Source: Lama glama
Taxonomy: Eukaryota
Assembly (NCBI GenBank): GCA_028534125.1
Contig: CM052817.1
Location: forward strand, 6,884,001 to 6,948,000
Direction of reading: 5' to 3'
DNA: 64,000 bases
The notes below the pieces were generated by a model, which saw only the letters and a program-made list of their open reading frames with translations, did no database searches and was not told the origin of the DNA. This document shows, in pieces, positions 1-11,700 of the stretch (position 1 is its first letter; every line of letters begins with the position of its first letter). Made by a program: the position numbers and the translations under genes.

Positions 1-414
1 ACATTAGCTATATTAACTTAATTTTCAATAAAAAAGGATTCTCAGGCTCCTTAAAGAAAAGATTGCAATAATGGACATAAAATTAAGATATCGTTCTGAT
101 GAAAGCAATAGCTCCAGTGTGGTTTTCCATGTCCAAGGTGATGTCTGGAGTATTTGATTGCTCAGATCTGGTCTGGTCCACTTATCAAGAATCTGATTTC
201 TTCGATGGGTTGAGCATATATTTAAATGCTGAGCTTCCTTACAGAATTTTTACATCTGAAACATTAACATAAAAAAGTAAAATCAACCATATGATATAAT
301 TTATCACTCTTGTAATTCCTGTGTTTGTTGGCGTCAACATTTAATCGGTTATCAACATTTTTAGATAAAGGCAATTTTTATACATTTGATCCTAAAACAT
401 ATACATGTATATGT

Positions 415-478
415 ATTTTATTTTATTTATTTATTATTTAATTGAAGTATAGTCCATTTACAGTGTTGTATTAATTTC
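415..478 (-). mobile_element. LINE-1 3' terminus (poly-A tail and end of 3' UTR)
   Basis: T-rich tail followed by ttgaagtatagt...tttacagtgttgt, the motif that begins other minus-strand L1 3' ends here (2331, 11735, 25820). Confidence 0.8.
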
Positions 479-978
479 NNNNNNNNNNNNNNNNNNNNNN
501 NNNNNNNNNNNNNNNNNNNNNNNNNNNNNNNNNNNNNNNNNNNNNNNNNNNNNNNNNNNNNNNNNNNNNNNNNNNNNNNNNNNNNNNNNNNNNNNNNNNN
601 NNNNNNNNNNNNNNNNNNNNNNNNNNNNNNNNNNNNNNNNNNNNNNNNNNNNNNNNNNNNNNNNNNNNNNNNNNNNNNNNNNNNNNNNNNNNNNNNNNNN
701 NNNNNNNNNNNNNNNNNNNNNNNNNNNNNNNNNNNNNNNNNNNNNNNNNNNNNNNNNNNNNNNNNNNNNNNNNNNNNNNNNNNNNNNNNNNNNNNNNNNN
801 NNNNNNNNNNNNNNNNNNNNNNNNNNNNNNNNNNNNNNNNNNNNNNNNNNNNNNNNNNNNNNNNNNNNNNNNNNNNNNNNNNNNNNNNNNNNNNNNNNNN
901 NNNNNNNNNNNNNNNNNNNNNNNNNNNNNNNNNNNNNNNNNNNNNNNNNNNNNNNNNNNNNNNNNNNNNNNNNNNNNN
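479..978. other. Assembly gap (500 N)
   Basis: Run of N flanked by L1 sequence on both sides. Confidence 0.99.
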
Positions 979-1120
979 TTCTGCATCGATTGAGATGATC
1001 ATGTGGTTTTTGTCCTTTCTCTTGTTGATGTGATGTATTACATTGATTGATTTGCGTATGTTGAACCAGCCTTGTGTCCCTGGGATGAACCCCACTTGGT
1101 CATGATGTATAATCTTTTTT
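979..1120 (-). mobile_element. LINE-1 ORF2 reverse-transcriptase fragment, relatively young
   Basis: Translates to [38 protein letters not shown], the canonical L1 RT motif, without stops. Confidence 0.95.
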
Positions 1121-1870
1121 ATTACAAGATATTGAATGTAGCTCCCTGTGCTATACAGTACTAACTACTATATATAAAATAGGTAAACATATATGTGTGT
1201 CTATCTTCAGATCCTGAACTCCAATTTGTCCCTCCATACCCCCATCCTTCCCTGGTAACCATAAATTTGTTTTCCATGTCTGTGAGTCTGTCTCTGTTTT
1301 GTAAATACATTTATTAGTGTTCTTTTTTAGATTCCACGTATGCATGTTATCATATAATATTTTTCTTTCTCTTTCTGGCTTACTTCACTTAGAATGACAA
1401 TCTTCAGGTCCATCCATGTTGCTGCAAATGGTATTATTTACTTCTTTTTTATGCTTGAGTAGTATTCCATTGTGTATATATATAACACAACTTCTTTATT
1501 CAATCATCTGTTGATGGACATATAGGTTGCTTTCATGTCTTGGGTATTGCACATAGTGCTGCTGTGAACATTGGGTTGCATGTATCTTTTTGAATTAGAG
1601 TCCCCCCTGGATATATGCCCAGGAATGGGATTGCTGAATCATAGGGTAAGTCTATTTTCAGTTTTTTAATGATTCTCCATACTGTTTTCCATAATAGCTG
1701 CACTAAACTGCATTCCTACCAGCAGCGTAGGAGGGTTTCCTTTTCTCCACACCCTCTCCAGCATTTGTCATTTGTGGACTTTTGAATGATGGCCAATGAT
1801 GGTGTGAGGTGATACCTCATTGTAGTTTAGATTTGCATTTCTCTGGAAATTAGTGATACTGAGCATTTTT
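1121..1870 (-). mobile_element. LINE-1 3' UTR and ORF2 C-terminus, 5'-truncated
   Basis: Typical L1 3' motifs: cttacttcacttagaatga, ccatccatgttgctgcaaatgg, ggtgtgaggtgatacctcattgt. Confidence 0.92.
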
Positions 1871-2330
1871 AAAAATGACTATTATTACTATTATTCTCAC
1901 TTAACCCAAAATCACTGAGACTGGCATTGGTCAATTGACTATGTTAATATAATTCAGCTCATAAGGAGCAGAGCGGGGACTCCACCCTGCCTCCCTGACT
2001 CCACACCGTGAGTTTCTCAGGATCATTGGTGCTGCTGTTCTGCAGCACAGTGAGATTTCACCACAATGCAAGGTAACCCATTCATGACCTTTCTTTTGTC
2101 GGTTTTCCTTTTCACACTAAGTATACTTCCAGAAATGCAGAGCCCCTCCCTGTCATATCCTCCGGTAACCTTAGTCATACTGTCCTGTGCCAACAACTTA
2201 ACTCATTTTATTTCTAGTGCCCTATGTGGCTGCCTAATAACACTTAGCTGGATAATATTGCTGTTATTTATTTTCCCAAAGTCCTTAAGTGTCATCTCTG
2301 CTCTTAACTTTTTTTTAATGTTTAATATAT

Positions 2331-2457
2331 TTTTATTGAAGTATAGTCAGTTTATAATATTGTGTTGATTTCTGGTGTACAGCACAATACTTCAGTCATA
2401 CATGAAATTACATATATTTGTTTTCATATTCTCTTTTATTTTTATTTTATTTATATA

Positions 2458-2497
<40 letters not shown>

Positions 2498-2500
2498 CTT
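2331..2500 (-). mobile_element. Short L1 3'-end fragment ending in a (TA)n microsatellite (about 2451-2497)
   Basis: ttttattgaagtatagtcagtttataatattgtgttgatttctggtgtacagc followed by a TA run. Confidence 0.8.
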
Positions 2501-4419
2501 TATTGAAGTATTGGTCTTTTCAAGTTTGGAGAATAGAAAATAAAACAAACAAAGCAAAAAATTTGCTCTAAGTAGGACATAAAATCCGATTCTCAGTTTC
2601 ATAGTGTGTGGGAATCATGACGGAAATCTTATTTTTAAAAATTACCTTATCTTGTAAAATAAAGATTTTGGTCCAAACAAAGCATAAATAGTATTTCCAG
2701 GGAATAGAGTAGCAAGATGTTCAGCCATAGAAATCTTTTTCAAATTTATGAAGAAAGCTAGATTACTTTCTAAAATGTTCTCAATTATGAGATCTTCTCC
2801 CCTAATTTCCTAATTATAAAAGGTCAGCTCCTGTGAAGTATCAACAGACGGTAAACCGAATGCACGCAGAGTACATAAGCAAACACCAGCAGCAACAAGA
2901 ACAGAAAACAGTAAAAACCTCCCTTGAAAAGATGACCTCGAACTCCCTTGTCCCTAGATCTTGTTATAACAACATGGCTTTCACGTGACACTCATTATCA
3001 TAATCACAGTCTCTAATACTGAATACTTTTATTTTGCGTGATGAATTTACATACACGGTAAAAATCGCTGTATCACAGAATTCCACGGAGACCCTGATTT
3101 CCAGGAGCGTTGTCTCGTAAGCGAGTTTGCGATCCACTGCACGAGGTATCAAGAGATCCCCCCTGGAAGTGGCGATCTGTAGAACACACTGTGCTTTTTG
3201 AAATCAGCCCTGCCCTCGCAGTCAGTCAGGTATGATAATCCCCACGTGCACAAATTGAAGACGTTAAAGAGTAAAGACACCTAAAAGATGTTCAGCACGA
3301 CAAAATTTGAGAAGAGAGGACGTGGTCCCTCAAGAATATTTGTGCTTTTTTTTTCGTAAATGGCAGGGCCCTGAGGCATCCACATGCTGCTGGGGATACA
3401 GTAAACACGTACGAAGCTGTCTACACTCCACCTGCTCCTGAGTGGGTTGTGGAGTCTGCATTCTGTGTCATGTACTGGGCAATTCACAGCATGAACTTCC
3501 AACAGCTTCCCTGGTCTAGTGTTGTGTGTGAAAATGCAGCAAACATTCGTCTACAACACACAGAGTTAAGTGCTGAAATATTAGCACTTACCTCATCCTA
3601 TGCGAGTACGGGAGAGGAGAAGAGGGAGAACAATGAAGCTCGAAAGCTCTGAGGGAAGTGCAGGCCACAAAGAAGTCAGGGAAGATGGAGGCGTGAGGAC
3701 TGGCAGCAGAGAAACCAGACAAAGGCTACTGCAATAAGTGAGATGTGAGAAGTGTCTGGGCAGAATCAGTGGAAGTGGGCTTGAAAGCGTGGGAGATGAT
3801 CTGATTGAAAAAAGTGACATATTTTCTTCCAGGTAAAAAATGAGACAATTAATGGAAAAGTGTGCTTTGATACAACTTCCCAAGTAAGAAAGAGTTATTT
3901 AAAAGAGGCAAGAGTTTGTGGGAAAGGAAAGCTGGTTTGAGAAGATTAATTTTGAGGGCTTGAGGGACGCACAGGTAGAGATAACCAATCAGCAATGACT
4001 CCATCGTAAGAGGCCACCAACGGGAGGGCTTCAGGACCCCTCCTCCACTTGTCTTCCTCTTCCCCTCTCCTTCCAAGTCAGGACTTTCTTGTATCAATCA
4101 TATTAGTGAGATGCTATGCATTCTCTCTCTGCCCCCATAGACTGAAATTTGATGCTCAGAAATTAAACACACTGCAAAGTTAAGATGCTGAAAAAGTGTG
4201 GCTGTGGCTATATCTTTGCTGGGGGCCATTCTGGGTTAAAGTCTGGTCTTAAGGCAATTATTAACAGCACCCTCTTTCCCGTTCAGAAATGTCCAGAGTT
4301 GGGCATCTTTGCCATTATCATTTTCGCCATCCTTGTCACAATCATCATAATCATCATCCTAGTGACACTGATCATTTTTACTCCATGGAGTCTCTAGCAA
4401 TTTAAAAGCACGTGCTTTC

Positions 4420-4610
4420 ATATGCTTTGCCTACTGTAAGCCTTACAACAATCCTGTTGGATAGATGAGGGCGGAAAGTGTCCCTATTTTCCTGTAAAGA
4501 AACTGGGGTTTCAGGAGCTGTGCAATCAGATGGACATTTGATGTGGGACCAGGGTTGAAATCCATGCTTTTGAGAGCACAGTTGTGAGTTTTCCCACTAT
4601 ACCATATTGC
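4420..4610 (-). mobile_element. MIR SINE relic
   Basis: ccttacaacaatcctg...ccctattttcctgtaaagaaactgggg resembles the MIR core. Confidence 0.55.
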
Positions 4611-5229
4611 TTTCTTAACTTGATAATCTCACGACTTTTTGACTTTATGATCTGATGGGGTGAAAATTCAGAAAACCCCAAACTAATAGGAGATTCTGAC
4701 GATGCAACACAAATATTAACAGTGACATTTTAAGAGACTCACCCTTGGCTCGCACTTGCACACAGTTGTGCTCCGACGTTTCCTCTTGCTAACCATGCCC
4801 TCTTCCTCCTTTTCAGCCTGAAGGCTGAAGTCAGCAACTTTTCTTCATCCCTTCTATATGGGCAGGGCAATAGGATATATTTTTTTAAAGTCCTCAAAGA
4901 GACATCATATTTAAAAGGAAATCCTACGATAGGAAATAAATTTTTTTAACAAAGAACAAAAACTTTTACTTGGCACTGAAAGGTATTACAAGCACATATC
5001 CAACAAGTATGAGAGGACCTTGTTCTCTTAGCAGATCTTCAGACTCTGAAATGTAAATTTGCTCCGTGTGAACACCCATCTTCTGTAAGATGAAATTATG
5101 TTCTCAAATGTGTGTGAAGTGGTGCCTATTAAGGAGAAGTGCATCTTGTTTGCCCCAGAGAAGCCTTGGGGTTTCGTCTTATATTGAGCTGGGAACATGT
5201 GAGATCAATTTCTATCTTCAAAAGGTCAA

Positions 5230-5560
5230 ACGCTGTATGACCTTGAAGACAACATTTCCTCTTTGTTGAGTCTCAATTTCCTTATCTAGGGCTTGGCGAT
5301 CTTACTGTATCAGGCTTTGCTGGCCATTTCTTCCGTTTGGAGCAATTCAACTCAGCCATGGTATGAGCTCAAAACAGCCATAGACCAGATTGAAATGTAT
5401 GAGGGTGGCTGTGTTCTAATAAAACTTTATTTACAAAAACAGGTGGCAGGCTGGATTGGATCATTCATAGTCTGGCAACCTTTTTGCAGGGGAAAATACC
5501 ATCAACTTCACAAGGTTGTGCTAAGAATTACATCGCCTCGAATATGTGAAGTGCTTGATG
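5230..5560 (+). mobile_element. MIR relic split by a MER58A-like insertion
   Basis: ctgtatgaccttg...tctcaatttccttatct on the left continues as aaaatacc...cttcacaaggttgtgctaagaatta on the right. Confidence 0.6.
5287..5483 (-). mobile_element. MER58A-like hAT-Charlie DNA transposon (MITE)
   Basis: gtggctgtgttctaataaaactttatttacaaaaacaggtggcaggctggatt matches the reverse complement of the MER58 consensus as I recall it; TIRs are degenerate. Confidence 0.85.
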
Positions 5561-6253
5561 GGGGCTCTGCTGTTAAATATGACGGCTGATTTCTTTCTTC
5601 TTTCCTGACTCACAGCAAGTCTCTTCGAGTGAGACGGCAGGGGACCCTTTCAAAATGAAACTCTGTTGGTTGGTATTTCATATCTGTAAGCAAATCTTTT
5701 TTTGTTGTTGTTTCCTTTTAATTTTAATATTTTGGGAGAAAAAGATAGGAAACTGAGACACTGAATAGTTAACCCAACAGACTTATGAACAAATTTGAGC
5801 TCTATTCGATGTCATTTCCCCTACATTTATTCCTTTAAAAAAATGTTACTTAAGAATAGATTTTTTAGTGCAATTCACAGCAGACTTATAAAGAAGCTTG
5901 TGGTGTGGGCCAAAGGTCCAGGTAACAGCTGTGCCTCTTTGTTTGAGTAACAATAATAATGAAGCATCAGCCTCACAGGCACTTATTATTTTAAACTTGA
6001 CCTCTTGTTCCTGCGTTTCTCGTCCTCCCTTGCCTGCCTCCAAGAGCAGTCACCAGACCTGCCCCTTCATTTCTCTGAACTGGTGTAGGGTTCTTTAGAG
6101 AGTGTCCTTTAGACCTCAGTTTTACAATTACTTTTTTAATGCTCTTACATATTTCATTTGTGAGTGTTTTTTTCCTCTCCAAGTACCTTTAGTGCATTAA
6201 TGCAAAAGACAAATTACTCCAATACACTAAAATACAGTACATTGGAGTAAAAA

Positions 6254-6907
6254 TGTTGCCGGTGGGTGCAACCGGTGTTCCAGGTCTTTGTCCCGTCCCA
6301 GAAATAATTCAGAGACAAGATGTAGTGGTTGAAAAAGTAAAGTGAGAATTTATTAAAGGATGGATAGTACACTCTCAAGGGGAGGGAGGGCAGGCTCAGG
6401 CGAGCAGCTGCCCCGAGCTTCTTTGGCAAGTTGGTTACATAGAGTGTCAAAGTGAATGGGCGGAATGTTCACTGGGGAGGGAAGGGTTTGGGGTTGTATT
6501 CCCTGAATTTCATCCCAGCTCCACCTTCCCAAAGGGAGGAGGGATTTTTGTCCTTAGTTAGTCTGGATCAGAAGTGACGTGGCATCAGTGCATGATGGGT
6601 ACTTCTGATCTGCAAAGCTAATTTTATTGAAATGAGGGCATAATGAGCAAAAGGTTGCATTCGGACACTGGAAATTTCTGCCTTTTCTCCGTTCTTTGTT
6701 GGCCTCTGGGCCGCTTATCAGCCCCAAAGCTGTGACCACTCATCAGCCCAGAGGTTCCTGCTTTTCTTTCTCTGCCCAGGGACCCCTGGTGCTTGCATGA
6801 TGAGCGGTTTCCTGCATTTGGCCCGGGCCCCTCCTTTCTGCCCAGTTCCTGCCATTTGGTCTGTGCCCCTTTCTCTGCTCGTATCTGGCTATCTGCCTGC
6901 TCTGACA
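6254..6907 (-). mobile_element. Solo ERV1-type LTR
   Basis: TG...CA termini, minus-strand AATAAA near 6350, and clear homology to the LTR at 61904-62427. No clean TSD. Confidence 0.85.
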
Positions 6908-6939
6908 TTAACACACTAAGATTACAGTCAAATGATTAC

Positions 6940-7400
6940 AATTCAAGGTCTGACTGTATTGCTGTTTACCTGAGCTTGAACAGACTGCTTCCCAGACGGA
7001 GTGTCAGGCTGCTCATCTGTGAACGGGGATGGACACTGCTGCTCTTCCTACCTCTCTAGGTTTCCTGTGTGAACGCAATGGACGCCAGCTGTGAAAACAA
7101 GACGCTATGAAATTGCTGGTGATGTGTTCTCCATTATTGCTGTTATCAAAATCAAAATCATAGACGTAAATTAAATAGCACATATTGTGGGCCAGGAAGT
7201 ATACAAGGCATTGTTCATAAATTTATTTATTAATCTTCACAACAAATGCGTGAGGTAATTATTTTTTCTCTCATACTGCGGATGAAGAAATGACAAAGCC
7301 TGGTGGTGAGGTAATATGCCCAGGTCTCATACAAGTGGATGAGCTGTGGTTAAAACTCTGCAATATCGGACCCCAAAGTTCTTCTTCTTAAGCCAATGAA
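6940..7400. mobile_element. Two MIR relics in opposite orientation
   Basis: ctgctcatctgtgaacggggat (+) and aatcttcacaacaaatgcgtgaggta...gatgaagaaatga (-). Confidence 0.6.
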
Positions 7401-9617
7401 ACTTGAAGTGAATGCACAAGTTTACTCCTTTATCAAACCAGAGAAGACCTAGACATTCTGCATTTGCCTTACACAATATTTTAAAGTTTAAATTTAAAAA
7501 ATAGCACCATAAAACAGTTTTTTGGTCATATTTTATTCTAAAAGATAAATAAGCATATATACAGGTAATTTACAATTTGAATATTTTGAATATTTTCAAA
7601 GATGACCAGGATATGATCCAGATCATAATTTCTAAATACAACTTTATCAGAAAAGGTTATAGTAAATAGAAAAAAAATAAGTAAAAATATGAAAAATTTG
7701 AATAATGAAATCCAAAGGCTAGCACTCATATTGATAGATAGGGAGAGAGAAAGAAAGAAAAAAAAAACACAAAGGAGAAAGAATATTTGATCTTTAGGAG
7801 TATTTATACATTTTGATTGCAAATGACACTATAAAATAAGCCTCTTTTCTTTCTTTATTGATGTATAGTTGACTAACAATATTGTGCTAGTTTCAGATGT
7901 AGAACACAGTGATTCAATATTTGTAGACATTACAGAATGATCACTGTAATAATTCGAGCTACAATCTGTCACCACACAAAGTTATTACAATATAATTGAC
8001 TGTATTCCCTAAGCTGTGTGTCATATCCCAGTGTATTTATTTTATAACTGGAAGTTTATCCCTCTTAATCTCCCTCACCTATGTTACGTATCCCTGTGAT
8101 GTCCTCTCATCTAGCCGCCTCTAGTTTGTCTCTGTATCTATGAATCTCTTATCATTTTATGTTTATACTTTTTTTTTTTCTTTTTGATTCCACATATAAG
8201 TGAGACCAAATGGTATTTGTCTTTCTCTGACTTATTTTACTTGGCAAAATACCTTGTAGGTCCACCCCTGGTGCAGCAAATGACAAGATTTCATTCTTTT
8301 CTTTTTTTTAATGGCCAAATGATATTCTATTCTATAAATATATATAAATGTCACATTTTCTTTTTCCACTCAACTGTGGATGGATACTTAATGTTGCCCC
8401 CATATCTTGGCTGTTGTTAATAATGCTGCAATGAACTTAGAGATGCATATACTGTTTGATTAGTGTTTTTGCTCCCTTCACCCTTGCCAACACTTGTTAT
8501 ATTTATTGTATTTTTGATGATAGCCATTCTGACAGGTGTGAGATGATATCTCATTGTAGTTTGACTTGCATTTACCAAATGATTAGTGATATTGAGCATC
8601 TTTTTTATGTGCCTGTTGGCTTATGAGCATCTGTATGTCTTTGGAAAAATGTCTATTCAGATCCTCTGCCCGTCTTTTAATCAGGTTGTTGTATTTTCAA
8701 TGTTGATTTGTATGAGTTCTTTGTATATTTGGATATTAATCCTTTATCAGATGTATTGTTTGCAAATATCTGCTCCCATTCAGTAGGCTACCTTTTCATT
8801 TTGATGACAGTTTCCTTTATTGTGCAAAAGCTTTTCAGTTTGATGTAGTTCCATTTGTTAATATTTGTTTTTATTTCAGTTGCCTGAGGAGGCATATCAA
8901 AAAAAAAATTGCTAAAACTGATGTCAAAGAGCATCCTGCCTGTGTTTACTTCTAGGAATTTTATGGTTTCAGGTCTTACATTTAAGTCTTTAATCCATTT
9001 GGAGATTGCTTTTTGTAAATGGTGTGAGAAAGCTGTCCGGCTTGATTCTTTTACATAGAGCTGCCCGGCTGTCCCAACACCACTTATGGAAGAGGCCATT
9101 TTCCCCCACTTTGTATTCTTGCTTCCTTTGTCATAGATTATGGCCCATATAAGTGGGGTTCCTTTCTGGGCTCTGTATTCTGTTCTATTGATCAGTGTGT
9201 CTGTTTTTTTGCCGGTACCATCCATACTGTTTTGATTACTCTAGATTTATATTATAGTTTGAAATCAGGGAGTGTGATGTCTTCAGCTTTGTTCTTCTTT
9301 TTCAAGATTGTTTTGGCTATTTGAGGTCTTTGTGCTTCCATACAAATTTCAGAATTCTTTGTTCTAGTTCTGTGAAAACTACTATTGGCATTTTGATAAG
9401 GATTTCATTTAATTGGTAGATTGTCTTCAGGAATAGGGACATTTTAACAATATTAATTCTTTCAATCCGTAAGGGCACATATATCTTTCCATCTGTTTGT
9501 GTAACCTTCAGTGGCTTTCATCAATGTCTTTTATAGGTCTTTTACCTCCTTGGTTAGAATTATTCCTAGATATTTTATTCTTTTTGATGCAATTGTAAAT
9601 AAAGGTCTTTTTTTTAA

Positions 9618-9793
9618 TAACATTTTTATTGAGTTATAGTCATTTTACAATGTTGTGTCAAATTCCAGTGAAGAGAACAATTTTTCAATTATACATGAAC
9701 ATATATTCAATGTCACTTTTTTTTTACTGTGAGCTACCACAAGATCTTGTATATATTTCCCTGTGCTGTACAGTATAATCTTGTTTATTCTGC
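9618..9793 (-). mobile_element. Nested young L1 3'-end insertion with 17-bp TSD
   Basis: Flanked by aaaggtcttttttttaa (9601-9617) and aaagttcttttttttaa (9794-9810); host ORF2 resumes afterwards. Confidence 0.9.
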
Positions 9794-11069
9794 AAAGTTC
9801 TTTTTTTTAAATTTCTCTTTCTGATAGGTTGTTGTTAGCATATAGAAAGGTGACAAATTTCTGTGTATTCATTTTATATCCTGCAACTTTACTGAGTTCA
9901 TTTATTGGTTCTAATAGTTTTCTGATGACATCTTTAGGATTTTTTTGTGTATAATATCAAGTCATCTGCAAGCAGTGATAGTTTTACTTCTTCGTTTCCA
10001 ATTTGGATTCCTTTTATTTCTTGTTCTTTTCTGATTGCTAAGGCTATGACTTCCAATACTTTGTTGAACAAAAATATCAAGAGTGGGCAGCCTGGCCTCG
10101 TTCCTTATCTTGGAGAAAATGCTTTCAGCCTTCACTGTTGAATATGACATCAGCTGTAGGTTTGTCATAAATGGCCTTTATTGTGTTAAGGTATGTTTCC
10201 TCTATACCCACTTTGTTGAGAGTTTTTATCATAAATACTGAATTTTGTCAAAAACTTTTTTGCATCCATTGAAATGATCTTACAATTTTTATTCTTCAAT
10301 TTTTTTTAATATGGTGCATTACACTGACTAATTTGTGGATATTGAATCCTCCTTGCATTCCTGAGATAAATTCCACTTGATCATGAACTATAATCTTTTT
10401 ATTGTATTATTGAATTCAGTTTTCAAATATTTTGCTGAGGATTTTTGCATCTATGTACCTCAATAATGTTGGCCTATAATTTTCTTTTTTTGAGGCATCT
10501 TCATCTGGTTTGGTAATGGGGTGATGCTGGCTGAGTAGAATGAGTTCAAAATCATCCCTCACTTTTCAACTTTTTGGAGTAATTTGAGAAAGATAGACAT
10601 TTATTCTCCTTTCAATGTTTGGCAGATTTTACCTGTGCAGCTGGCAGGTCCTGGACTTTTGTTGGTTTGCAATTTTAAAATTACTGATTCAATTTAATTA
10701 CTGGTAATTGATCTGTTCCTATTTCCTTTTTCTTCCTGATTCAGTCTTGGGAGTACGGTTTTATAAATTTGCTTATTTCTTCTACACAGTTTATTTTATT
10801 GGAGTATAACTGTCTGCAGTAATAATCTCTCATGATCCTTTGTATTTCTGTCATGTTGGTTGTAACTTCTCCTTTATTTCTGATTTTATGTGGGCCCTTT
10901 TTTCTTCTGAAGGGTCTGGCTAAATGTTTATTAATTTTGTATATTTTTGTAAAAATCAGTTTTTAGTTTCACTGGTTTTTTTGTATCAATTTAACTTTTT
11001 GTAGTCTGACTTTATTTATTTATTCCCTTCTACTAACTTTGGGTTTTGTTTGTTCTTCTTTTCTTTTCT

Positions 11070-11340
11070 ATGACCCCCCAAAGAGGTTCATACCAAGATA
11101 AACTATAACTAAAATGACAAAAATTAAAGATCAAGAGAGAATCTTGTTATCAGCAAGACAAAAGAAACTAATTACACAGAAGGAAACTTCGATAAAACCA
11201 TCATCAACTGACTTTTTAACAAAAACTTTGTAGGCCAAATGGGAGAGTCACAATATATTTATTCTGAAAGGAAATACGTTTCTGCTGAAAGGAAAAAAAA
11301 GAAAAAAAACTGCAGCCAAGAACACTCTACTTGGCAACTT
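11070..11340 (+). mobile_element. Inverted L1 ORF1 segment within the minus-strand L1
   Basis: Plus-strand translation PKRFIPR*TITKMTKIKDQERILLSARQKKLITQK...LQPRTLYLA corresponds to the ORF1p RRM/CTD region. Confidence 0.85.
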
Positions 11341-11700
11341 AAAACTAGGCAAAAAGAATATTCTTAGTCATAGCTTGTTTGGGTTCATCTTTTGGGGACT
11401 GTGCACTGCTGAACCTAGATGTTTATTTTTTTTTCCAGGTTAGGGAATTTTCAGCTATTATTTCTTCAGAAAGGTTTCCTGCCCCTTTCTTCCTCCTTTC
11501 CTTCTGAGACCCCAATAATGCAAATGTTAATATGATTAATGTTGTCCTGGATGCCTCTTAAAACTATCTTTTTTAATTTTTTAATTATTTTTCTTTTTTC
11601 TGTTCAGCTTGTATGATTTCTTCCATGACTGCTCTGTCATCCAGTTCACTGATTTTTTTCTCTATACATCTAATCTAGTGTTGATTCCTTCTAGTGAATT

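Noticed and set aside
427..1095. Long ORFs of 171-222 aa
   Set aside because: Artefacts of translating through the N gap; the real part is L1 ORF2.
2332..2511. 13-bp direct repeat tttattgaagtat as a TSD
   Set aside because: It is the L1 3'-terminal motif itself, so it is more likely a second tiny L1 end or a slippage duplication than a target-site duplication.
8788..9225. 145-aa ORF
   Set aside because: Frameshifted L1 ORF2 remnant, not a host gene.
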